Source of the DNA: Tricharina praecox
Lineage: Eukaryota
Length of the DNA: 64,000 nt
Direction: 5' to 3'
Assembly (NCBI RefSeq): GCF_024521635.1
Contig: NW_026250410.1
Location: 434,001-498,000, forward strand
This document shows, in pieces, positions 44,723-57,000 of this stretch. The number at the start of each line of letters is the position of its first letter. Within the stretch, counting starts at the first letter, position 1. A program made the position numbers and the translations under genes. Below the pieces are notes generated by a model. It did no database searches, was not told where the DNA came from, and worked only from the letters and a program-made list of their open reading frames with translations.

Positions 44723-47700
44723 GACCTCCCCCCGTTTGTATCCACGTAAGATGTATGTACCGGAGCCGGCATCGCGTCTCCCTCCCGACAAAAGCGGAAG
44801 GAAGTCGAGGACTCGAGTCGGACAGGAATCTCCCGATGCCGTTGCCGCAACGGCGGATGCGGATGCGGATGCGGATCCTTCTTCAGTGACCCCAGCCGTC
44901 GGCGTGGCGCGGCGCAGGCCCGTCGGCCAAAGTCTAATAGAGTACCTAGACGGACTCTCGGCCCTTTGGAAAAGCCGACATTGGTTACCCCATCGGTCGC
45001 CGGTCAGTCGGTGGTGGCGTGCGAAACAAGTCCCGACTCCCGACTCCCGTTCCGTCCAATGTCCAGCCACCAGTGTCCACGGATGGCTGATGGATAGTAT
45101 GTAATAATGGTAATAATATACAGTAGACTCTAGAGTGCTCTAGAGTAGAGTAAGCAGGTAGGGTAAGCCCTGTCACACCGCGCCACCGCCCCAGCACAGC
45201 GAGATCTGGTGTGGGGTGGGTTTAGTGTTCAGGGTTAATGACATACCTTGTAGCGAGAAAAAGCACAGACCAAGGCTGTCCATAGTGCCCTACTCTATAG
45301 ACGCAGACGTTCCTACGTACTCTACTTCCTATCTCGTCTGGAGAACGGCCATCCGCCCCACTCCCCCCCCCACCCGGGATTGTCAGGTGTATGTAATCTA
45401 TCCATCCATCCGTCGAAACGAACCCGCGTTTGCCGCCAATTCCACTTGTAGCGGCGGCGGCAGGGGCGGCGGCGATGGAGGGAGGCACGTGGAGGCGGAG
45501 AGTGCTGCACAGAACAGCACAGCACAGCACAGCACAGCAGAACAGCAGACAGCGTCCGTAAACACTTGCCTGTAGAGTAGAGTGGAGTCAGCTGCTGTCC
45601 CATATCATTAGAGATCATATGTGCAACGAAACCACCTCACCGTGCGTATTGACGGGTAGGTCCAAAGAGCAGGCAAAGCGGGCAGGGCAGGCAAGGCAGA
45701 CAAAGCAATGAAATTTTCACTTGCGCATTGAAGGCAGGTCGCTTACTTTTGCTCTTCCAATTGGGGTGAACCCGGGGATTATTTGCCGACTCACCGCATC
45801 GGTTCATCCTCATGCGATAAAAAGACGAGCAACAGTTCGAAGGGCCGTGGGTGAGTTGTGCGTCGACTGGGTCGGTACCCATCTATGTATATACGGTGGC
45901 TGGCAGGTTCGGTGACTCTCCTCGCGGCTGGTCCGGATTCAGGAACAAATGGGGCTGGAGAAAGAGAAGCTGGGAATTTTTTTCGGGCTCGAACGATTGG
46001 ATGGATCGGAGCGAGAATCCCATGCTGCGGGCTAACTAGCGACCTAGGTACCTGTGTAGTATGTGGTGTGGTGCTCTCCGGAAATCCGCAACTGGTAACC
46101 ACCTGGCAGCTAGGCATGGTTACATACTACTAGGGTATGTACGGTATATAGTAGCTCGCATTGGCCGTCGGACGGAGAGAGTGACGGTAGGGTCGACTCG
46201 CGGCGGCGGTGGAGGAGATGCAGAGCAGATAGTTGAGCCAGATTAACGAGCTCCGTAGGCTTGGAGTTTAATAGGGATCGATAGGTAAGTATGCCATAGT
46301 CCTCTAGATCGATTTCACAGCCATGCGCCAAGTTCGAATGGAGTCGGGAATGTGGGTTCAGCCATATTCCTGCGTACGCCCTCCCCCACCCGTCAAGCCA
46401 CAATATGGCTCTCCGTGTGGAGGACAGACCGACTGCCCCCGTCCCCCGCATTGTCCTCACATTGCGGGGCCGAGGAGAGGGGGAGGTGGGAGAAGGCGAG
46501 AACGCCTAGCCAATAATTTCACCCAGGAGGGCATAATCGTGCTCCACGGCTCACGGTTAAACCGGCGGTAAACCTCCCCCCCTAATCGATCCCATTTGGT
46601 TGTAGGTACATGACATGTACATCGACTACCTACTTATGCGCTTGCTGTGCATATCGCGATTGAAATGCCTGGCCTGGCCGCCGCGGCGTGGAGTAGAGTG
46701 GAGTGGCGGAATCGAACGGACCAGTAGAATAAGCCCGAATTCGCAGATCCATGGGCTTCTCAGCATTCGGAGTGAGGGATGTAGGTACGTATGAGGTACG
46801 TATGTAACAACCGCAGTTGAGAGGGTAAATGGTCGTGGGGACTGGCCGATCCGTGCAATCGCCGACTAGTTAGCTGGCGATGTGTGTGTGCGTGAGTATA
46901 ATGTACTTACCTAGGTATTCACTCCTCCTCCTACATCTCATCTTTCTCCTCCTCTTCCTCCATCGCCGCGCAACAGCGAAAACGAAAGCATACCGTCCAT
47001 AGCAGATGGATCGCACATACAGTACCAGCACATCGACTTGAAAGTGGGCATGCGCGTTGTGCGCGGGAGATGCCGTGCGATGTTTTTCTCTCTCGAAATG
47101 AGAGTAGGTAGAGTAAAAGTGCAAGTGCAAGTTTTCAGTTAGTGTCCGACTATGTGCTTGTACTCTTGTCCAGTCCAGTCGCCGGTCAGAGATGGAGATG
47201 CATCGATTTGATGCGTTTGAAGGCTAACCAACTAATAACCGTCTGCCCCGGATGATGATGGGTCAATAATTCGTGGTCCTGCCAGATGGAGTTGGTTTCT
47301 GCGTTAAAACTAGAGTAGAGTAGTTAGAGTAGAGGCTTTGCTTGCTCCAGATTCCGCGGGCCTTTTGGGGAATATCAGGTATTATTATTATTGCGAAACG
47401 ACGAGGTGGCTGCAGAACTTGGCTCTCCGACCGTTCACTGCACAAATCCAGTGTATAATAGAGTACTTACGCACTCAAGAGTACCTAGCTAGTTGGTTAG
47501 TTAGCAGCGACAGAATTTCTCGGAAGAGAGAGAACGCACGCACGCCCACACGCACTGTATCTGATGCTCCATTCGATATTGCCGCGCCGTAGAGATCGGT
47601 GACAGGCAGCCCCAATACGCAACGGGGGGAGAAGATTGGAATGCGAAACAGTGCAGGAATACCTACGGCGTCTGCATCGACAGTGAGCTGGGCGTTGTTG

Positions 47701-50700
47701 ACGGGGAGTGACCGGGAGTAAGAAAATCATGAAAGGGCCTGCCTAGCAAGAGGCACGAAAAGTAAATGGCCGCTCAGCTGCTGTAGTGGATGTGGACACC
47801 GACCAGAATCGAGGTGCGGTGAGGGTAAAGAATGATGTGCAGTGCGAGAGCATGTTGTTGTTGCAAGATGACGCGGAAGTCCTGCTTGACGCAATCCTTG
47901 GAAGGGAGACGGCGAAAATGAGAGATGATGAAGAAGTTGAGGTTGTATTCAACTTTGGAGAGCCATTCAATCTGGCTCTCCTCCGCTGCCTTCAACGTTC
48001 GGTACCACCCGATCCGGCTAGTCCGGCTATCACCACCATTCAGATCCACCGATTCGACTACCTAGCCTCTTCACATCCTATCTTATCTGATCCTTTATCT
48101 ATGCTACAGCATATGCTCCTCTCATGGTGGCAGACGACACGTATTCGCTTTTGGTTTGGTTGCATGTATGATACTTACGACATATGTGGATACATACGAT
48201 GCCGTTGATGACAGCAAGAATGTTCGCCCCCTACGGAAGCGTGTTACTACTAGTACGTACTCCGACAGCGTCGAAGCCGCACATTATGAAACCATCACTG
48301 TCACCTTGTATGTAAATAAAAACACGTCTCTGTCCCCACTACATTTTTCGCCAGCACTCGACTAGAGTGGAATAGTTGGAGTAAGTGGAGTAGAGTAATG
48401 CAAGCTCCCCTTGCTAATATGTATGTAATATAGGAACCGAAGGTTCCGGGGCAATATTGCAATTGCAATGGCATCTTCTACATATGATACAGGGCTACTC
48501 CAGTCGCCACCAAAATGTGTGAGCTGGCGGATCTAACCTGCTGGACACGAGAAACCGGGTAACTAACCTAGTGACTAGTTGGTTCGTTCGGGGACGGACA
48601 CGGTCGGATGGGCGATGCGACTGATGACATGTGGATTGTATTGGTATCGTATCATATTTACGTACAATTCCACAAGAAGTCACCCGGGCGGCCGGTGTGA
48701 TCGTCAATGCGACCATCGTCAAGCTCCTCCAGCACGTTGGTTACAAATCCCTTGTATATGTATAACAGAATACCCAGGTAGCGGCGGATCGGTTCGAGTT
48801 CCAGCAAAAGATCGCCCCCAATCCAATCAGTACTCGTCGGATGTGAGAATAGAGTTGGAATTGATGCGACAGGGCAGGGCGATTGGTCCGAGCGAGTGCT
48901 CCGACACATCCACTACTATATATCTATTCTATTCTAGAGTGGGAGTGGAGTAGAGTGGGAGTGGAGTAGAGTACCGTACTCTAGAGTGAAGTTCAGGCCA
49001 CCGCGTATCCATACATCCATCCAGCTTCCGTTACACCAAGAAGTTCGGCATTACTCGACGTCCCGCGCGGCGCGCTCTCCGTGTTTCAAAGGGAGCTCGC
49101 TCGGGGTTGAGGCTCCGCAACTTGGCGATTTGGCGTTTTGCCCTTGAGGCTCGGACAGTTCAGTTCGGTCGGACCATTTCTCTGCTTGCTGGAGGGAAGG
49201 GCAGCTAACTAGTTAACCCCTCTGGTTAAGGCGGAGCAGCTGGCTTGTCTCGTCTCCCTTCGAAAGCTCCGATCCGCAAGGAAAAAAACGGGGGGTCTCT
49301 ACTCTACCGCCAAGGCGGCACCATTCCCTTTACATACCCGCACGATTTGTGGCTCAACGGTCAACCACACCGGGCTGTGGTTAGTTATACATACGGGACC
49401 ACTCCACGAAGTTCGAACAGCGTATCTACCCCCAAGTTTCAACGTCACGGAATATACCCCCCTCCACCCCTACAACCATGCAGTCGGGCCGAGTCCCCCC
49501 CATCCCCCTATGTATGGAATGCGGATTCTTCCGCACCGACCGACCTCGATTGAGATGGTTGTGATGGTTGTGATGATTGTGATGGTGGTGGTGGTGGTAT
49601 ATAGAGTGGAGTTGATCTACAGCCGGGAGAGAAGAACGGGCACACGAGAGAAAAAAAAAACAAGATGAGAGAATACCTCGTGCTTGAAAAAGACTGCCTG
49701 CTTCCCCCAATCTCGAAGATCCAACTTCCAATACTTACTTAGTCTTTCCTGTTGTGTTGTCGGGGTAGGTATATGTTACTATTAGTATTTTGCTCTGCTC
49801 TCATCTTGCGATGTTTTTCCGCACTCACGATTTTTCCATGTATGTATGCCCTGTATGTAGACATGTCAGTTGTGACATCCCTGCGGCAACGCAACGCTGA
49901 AAGCGCTCCGCATGGAAAAAGAAAAGAAAAGGAAAAGGAAAAGAAAACAAACGAGCAGAATCGAAGGTACAGTACTAGTATCTAGTGGAGTATCTAGTAC
50001 TAGTGGTAGAAGCCCACCAAGAAACTCAATCTCAAACACCGGCGCCGTTGTCGTCGTCGTCGTCGTGGATCACACCTAACGTCTCGGCAATCACCGGTAC
50101 TATAACTTAGCAAGCGTTGCGCTTTTCTTCGCGACCATGGGCGCAGTCGTCGATTCCCACTGGCGGCGAGCAGCGGCCGGAATCGAAACCCGTCCGACAC
50201 CCCGTCAAGTACCGCCGCCCGCGGCGGCCGCGGAGAGAGAGAGAGAGAGAGAGAGAGAACAGGAATTGAGGAAAGACAAACAGAATGCGACTTCGCTTAG
50301 AGGGAACGGGGTACGTACCGATCGATGTGATGTGATGTGATGCAGCTGGTCAATTGGGCTATGTACGTGATAGGTACTTACCGTACGTCACTGCTCAGCG
50401 AATGGCTGGCTGGCTGGGAGGGAAACATGATGGTTTGTTTGTATCGACATCGATACCCACCGAGAGGTCATTGATCGTGATACGGAACGTCCGCAGTTCT
50501 CCCCTTCTCCCCGCCCCCGTAGTCGTTCACAATCACAATCATGTCAAATCACATCACATCACATCACATCACATCACATCTAATCTCAACCACATCACTA
50601 TCTGCCTTTGTGCGGTATATAGGATACATATCATACATATCATCCATATCATACATACCGGTACATACCGGTACATGTGCAGGTACATGTCTACTACTTC

Positions 50701-51313
50701 GGGATCCGGAATTCAGGAGGCCAGGAAGATCTCTCTCCCTCACTCCCTCCCCTTCCCTCCGCCGATGTCGATACCGTGCATCGCTTGCGTCGTCCATTAC
50801 TGTCCGGTCCACGACTATGTACGGTATATACGAGCACTCTGTTCTTTTCATCCACGCTTTCACCGGCCAGCGGTCAGCGGGCAGCGGGCCAGGGGAGAGT
50901 GCCTGATTGGCCTTTGCCCCCCCCTCCCCGTTCGAACAGTAAGGTATGTAAGGGTACCTAGGGTAGGGTTTGTAGCCACCACATCTACATACTTACTTAG
51001 CCCAGGGCCTCAGGGCCCCCAGGGCTCAGGCAGGCAGGCAACAGCCGTCTCGCTTCGAATTGCTCCGCTCGCATGTCGCATGTCGCATGTCGGATGTCGC
51101 ATGTCGCGTGAACGGGTCATATATATGGTTTACGGGTTAACTACGGGTTATGGATTACGGATACATGCCTGCCTGTCTGTCTGCTTGCTTGCTTGCTTGC
51201 CGGCTGTATGTATGTAGGTCAGACGCAGACGTAGACGTAGATGCCGACGGCTCTTTTGTTGCCGTTTGTTTAGAGTACTGGTACCTACCTAGCTGCTGGC
51301 AATGGGACGCGGT

Positions 51314-51699
51314 ATCCACAATCCACAATCCACAATCCACAATCCACAATCCACAATCCACAATCCACAATCCACAATCCACAATCCACAATCCACAATC
51401 CACAATCCACAATCCACAATCCACAATCCACAATCCACAATCCACAATCCACAATCCACAATCCACAATCCACAATCCACAATCCACAATCCACAATCCA
51501 CAATCCACAATCCACAATCCACAATCCACAATACAATCCACAATCCACAATCCACAATCCACAATCCACAATCCACAATCCACAATCCACAATCCACAAT
51601 CCACAATCCACAATCCACAATCCACAATCCACAATCCACAATCCACAATCCACAATCCACAATCCACAATCCACAATCCACAATCCACAATCCACAATC
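51314..51699. repeat. (ATCCACA)n heptanucleotide tandem array, ~55 copies
   Basis: Near-perfect array with a single ATACA variant unit at ~51531. Confidence 0.98.
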
Positions 51700-52215
51700 C
51701 CAATCACTCGTGATGTATGTAGGTACCTAATGTGCCTACATACTGTGTGTATTTGCGCTGTGCTGACCAGACTAATTGCCTTGCCTTGCCTTGCCTGCCT
51801 TCCTTGCCTTCCTTCCTTGCCTTCCTAAATAAACCTGCCATGTAGAGACATCCTTCCTTCCTTCCTTTCTTCCTTCCTTCATTCCTCCGTGCTCTACTCT
51901 ACTCTAAATACCTACTAGATACATGCAACTCTCGTTTGGGATTACTATAGTATAGTATAGTACCGGCAACTACCGTCGATGCGCAGTAGCAGTATATACT
52001 CTACTATATATCCACTCCCCGATCCGAGCTTAAACTGCTCTAGATAGAGATTCGATGTGGATACCCAGCTCCCCCGGCGCCCAACAACGAACGAACGCAA
52101 AAACCCCAACACAACCCAACTTGATTCGGACGTTGGCAGTGCCCCTGCAGCAACGGGGGAGGGGGAGGGGGAGTCTGGAAGAGCTATGTACCAGTTAGTA
52201 TGTAGAACCTTCGTC

Positions 52216-52307
52216 ACTAGGAAACGTCACACTGGAAGCACAATTTTAACGGCGGGGATAACTAGGAAACCCGCCACGCTGGAAGCACAATTTCAACGGC
52301 ACGGATA
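52216..52307. repeat. Tandem duplication of a ~45-bp unit
   Basis: ACTAGGAAAC..CAC.CTGGAAGCACAATTT.AACGGC..GGATA occurs twice in tandem. Confidence 0.8.
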
Positions 52308-53018
52308 GCTCGTATGTATGACAGGGACGGCAATTTCGTCAAATCACAGCGAACGTTGATGGATCCACACATTCTGAATGGGGGGGGGGGGGCGAGACGG
52401 CCAAGCAAGATAGGTACGGTGCAAGATATATCATGTAAAAACCATTAGAGAGAGTGAAACCCCGAACAGAAGCCCCCGAGAACCCCTATGGAAGGAAGGA
52501 AGGAAGCAATGGAAGCAAGGGAAGCAGGCAAGGAAGGAAAGAGAGGCATAGTTAAAACTTCCATCACAATCATCGTCATTGAAGCGATCGTGGTTTTGGG
52601 GATTGGACATTAGCTGCATGAGAACCGTTATCGTGCTGACGGTGTGGAGCCGTGACCATGGATTCGTAGCGCGGGAAAGAAGCCAGATTTTCGAATCGAG
52701 AAGGTTGATGTGAAGATAGGGAGAGCAAAGACAGTGAAAAGAAAAAAAAACGACAGAACCGTAACCGCAAAACACAAACGCGAAGGAAGAACGGACAAGG
52801 CAGCTATAGGTACTCGGCCAAACCCCCGTTCCTGACCCCTGATAGTGCAGCAGGAAATTGGAATTGGAAATGTGTGAAATAGTATCCATGCCACAGATGC
52901 TTTCCTCGTAGGCTACACAGGGCCTAATCTTTCTTCGGGGTCTCGGTGTCGCTGTTCACCGGACAAGTTAGCGGCGTGTGTGCTGTGTGGGAAATGCTTC
53001 CTCGCAGGCTGCATAAAC

Positions 53019-54082
53019 CTACGTCGGCTTCTTCTTGTCATTGATTGAAAGAAGTTCGATCTCACTGTTTACCATAGAAGTCAGCGGTGTACTAGCGCGG
53101 AATAGGCGTGGCCTGCCATCGCTGCGTGGCATTTATGCAAGTCATAGCATTACGCTTGCAGTAGCGCGCAGACGAAAAAAGAACAAAAAAAGAGACAACT
53201 TACAAGATGAGTGTTGAATTCGGCGGGATCAAGCCTGGGAATCCTCTGAGCGCGCGCGAGAAAATCCCTGTCAGCGAATGGCAGGCGCAAGAGGGCGGGG
53301 CCAGGGTTGTGAATTTCTTACTTCTCAGCATATCCGTAGTCACTGCGCAAAATGTTAGCAAATGCACCGAGTCTTTGGGGGGGTGGTTGAAGAACGGTTG
53401 CGATTGAGTGGAATCGGGGGGATTTAGGAGTTGGAGGTAGGAAGGGAGGGAGACGACTTGACGACTTGACTTACCCAGTGATGTTGAGTACGGCTATTTC
53501 GCCCAAGGACATAGTGGGAACACCCTCATCCCAACCTGTGTAGACGAACGAGATCAGTCAGTCAATTGGTCTCGGGGATGTCGGCACTGCGACATCACGG
53601 CAGACATGATATCGGCTTCCTGTGCGATCACGGCGGACACCGGGAGAGAGGCAATGGGGAAGTTCGCGGCAGAGCGGGGAGGGTGAGGTGATGGATCACT
53701 CTCGCTCGAGCGGATGTAGGGACGTCGTTTCGTTGCGTACCTCTGATGACCTTGCCCCTTCCGATGATGGTGCCGAAGGGCGTTCCGCGATCGCGAGAGG
53801 AGTCGAATCTGCACAACATCAATGTCAGTAAGGTCGCCGAGCAGCAGACGGGGCGTGGGCGTACTTCTTTCCGTCTTCGAGAGTTCCGACGTAGTGCATG
53901 GTGACTTTGTCCCCTTCCTGGGGGAAGTTCTCTTTGTCGCCCTCGGCGAGTATCTCCTTTGTGAAACCCATGGCTGCTCGGGTGGTGGTGAAGCTTTTGG
54001 TCTGGTGGAATTGGTGTTGGATTGGATGAATTGCGCGTGAGAGTCGGAGGATCGGAGTGAAAGCACTGGGGGTTCTGAACAT
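53019..54082 (-). CDS. fpr1: FK506-binding peptidyl-prolyl isomerase FKBP12; 6 exons; cytosolic start at 53971, presequence start at 54082
   Basis: Exons 54082-53865, 53808-53741, 53535-53475, 53342-53322 (21 nt), 53245-53204, 53064-53019. Spliced: [114 protein letters not shown]. Confidence 0.95.
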
Positions 54083-57000
54083 CTTGGAGGGGGGTGGAGG
54101 GGGATTGAGGTTTTTATGATATATATGACGAGCCGCGATGCAACCAATCGAGGGTTGGGTTGGGTTGAGGGGGGGGGGTGGGAGAACTGACCACTAACCA
54201 AGGACTAGGGACTAGGGTTGTACTCGGTGCTAGTTGGGTTTACCGTGTTGTTAACTTGCTGTTGCTGTGGATGGATGCGAGGGCAGAAAGTCCGCACGCC
54301 TGCACACCTGCAAGCCTGCAAGTCTGCAAGCCGCAAGCCTGCGGAAGAGTGTGAGACGGTCGACCCTGAGAGGGAGAGTGGGAGAGGACCTGTCCGCTAC
54401 CGCGGATCCACGTACGGACACTCCCGGTCGACGCAGAAGGCCTGGCATGCGAAATAAGAGGCAACTAAGCACCCATTGCTTGCTTGCTGGGTTAGCTATA
54501 ACTCTGCACGCACATACACGATGAAGTCGAGCATTCTCGTACCTAATGCCCGTACGGGCTTGACACCCACGCTGACTGGCTGGCTGCCATTGACCAAGGT
54601 CACCATCACTCACAATGAGCAGGATATCTGGACGATCAACTTGCTCATGGGCAGAGGTGGATGGGGACATACACGGAAACGGGTGAAAAAGGCCGAGTGC
54701 AAAGTGCAGAGCATGCTTACAATCGCAATTGCAATTGCATCAGGTTCGACTGCTTGCTTGCCTGCTTGCTTGCCGTTTCATCCAGAACCATCTCCGTCCA
54801 TGGCCACCGCCGCGATCACAATCATCACGGCCCAGCACTGCACTGCACTGGCCGCCGCGGGCCTGATCACTACTGTGTACTGCATACTTGTCATACTTAC
54901 TGACTTGCCTCCGCCGACTTTGGCCATCCGTTGGGCTTGGCACATTTCTCTGCCATTCTCGATCTCAGGTTTCTGTCCGGCGTTTGTCCGCTCATGCCTG
55001 GCGCTCTTGTGCCGCTTCTTGGCTTATGGGAGATCGCCCGCCTAACCTTCCGGTATATTTCAACGTTGGACGACCCAGCCGACCTCAGCTTGCGCCCCAA
55101 CCCGTGGCCTCTGTCTCTGTTTACCACCACCACCACCACCACCACCACTCCCCGTGTGCCTTCCCCGGCCTCTGAGCGCTGTTTGCTGGCAATGCCCCAC
55201 TATCGCCCCACGCCACGCCAGGCCCTGTATTACCCTGTAGCGGCCCCCATCAGTTTTCGCATTTTCAGAATAAGACACAGCATGTGCCGTACATGCCCCC
55301 GAGAGACTCCCTCCTTCCTACACTGCACGTTACCAATGCCATACCATACATTCTCCACGTCAAACCCTACCTTCGGGCGTGCACCACGTCCCATGCATAT
55401 CATACTTACCTACATCCTTCTTACCTGCCTACATGTATGTACGTACATACGTGCTTACCTACAAGGTCCCAAATGTACGCACAGGTATGTATTATCTCCT
55501 CTTCAGCCTCCCTCGCACGCAAACTTCGTTAGCCTCCAACAGCCGGCTCCACCATCTCCACCACTTCCACCACCACCGCCAAAACAATTGCTCCACCTAC
55601 TACATACCCGAACTCACGATGCACACTCGGTCCCGACCAAACACACCCAATAACCCTTCCCAAAACCAATCATCCGCCCTACCATTCTCGCGAAACAGAT
55701 GAGATGGAAAGCTTTACATGGCGCGGCAGCCGTCACGGTCTAATTCAAATCTTCCCCCGGCTACATGACTGCTCATGTTTGGGTGGCTATATGTGTGCTC
55801 TGCCTTTTCTGCCCACTCTCAACTTTGAGCGGCATTAATCTCTATCCAGGCTCCGAGTGGAACGCACGCCGACTGCAGGCAGAAACTAAAAAAATTGTTT
55901 TCCAGTCCCAACAAATGTTGCGGGATGTGTGTTCCCAGCAGCGGAGAACTCGGTAAGGACATGCTGCATGGTATTGGGCACTGGATAGTCATTGTCACTG
56001 CTTGCAGGCTATTGGATCGTTCGGTCAATGCGAATTTTCAATCCGACTTTCCGACTGTGTGCGTTGCCTTCACCAGGTCGTATTCCGTCGATACTTCTTG
56101 CCACATTCCATCTATCACAAAGGCAATACTGTTTTTTTTACGTTCGATCAGCGGCCAGGAACGTAGACACCGTGGCCACTATACGCTTCCGTCGGTCCCC
56201 ACTTCATCGTGGCACCCCTCCCTCACCGGGATTTCTGACGGGCACGTGGTAGTCGGAGGCTGAAGATACAGGGAGGCTTTCGCCCCCCCTCCCCCTCCCC
56301 CTCCCCAAAGAGACACATTGCAATGCTCCGACACCCGAGTGCTCCTGCACGGACAGTGATCCTTCCTCCCAGCGTGGACTTGCCAGAGCAACGTGGAGTG
56401 GGAGCAACGGTTGTACGGACAACGTGGAGTGGAACAACAGTTGTGCGCACAACGGGGGAACTTCATCCGACACAATTGATGGCTGCGAGGGAGCGTCTTC
56501 TCCCCCCCCCAAGAACAACGAACTCCAATCCACTGCCAGAAGCACTGATCTTGGTTGATGCCGCAGCAACCACCATCTTGACGACGGACGGACACTAGTC
56601 CTCGTGACCTTATCAAGACATGGGCAAAGCTGCTCGGCGTTTGCTGGTCACTGTCCATCGATTCGGCTGCTCTCTCGAGTAGTTTAGATCGAGGTCCGCA
56701 AGGGTCGGTGGTAAATCGCTTGGTGGTGCATCCTTTTCTGCCCCTGTGAACATCCATTGGCTCGCGTACTACACGTAGGTGGGTTTCCTGGCAGCCAACC
56801 AGATACTCCGAACGGCCGCTTCCCCCCGGGAATCCGGTGCTAGGACTTGGAGTTGGGACGATGCCTACGGAATATCCATTGGCTCCGACGGCCCCCCGTG
56901 GTAGGGGACACTACCGGGCAACGTCCTCTTGGAGGAGGATGCCTCCAGTGGCCCAGTTTCCAACATATCCATCCTTAGGCAGCTTGCAATGCAACACTAT

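Noticed and set aside
51150..51730. ORFs encoding (IHNPQST)n or (LWIVDCG)n
   Set aside because: Arise automatically from a stop-free heptamer microsatellite.
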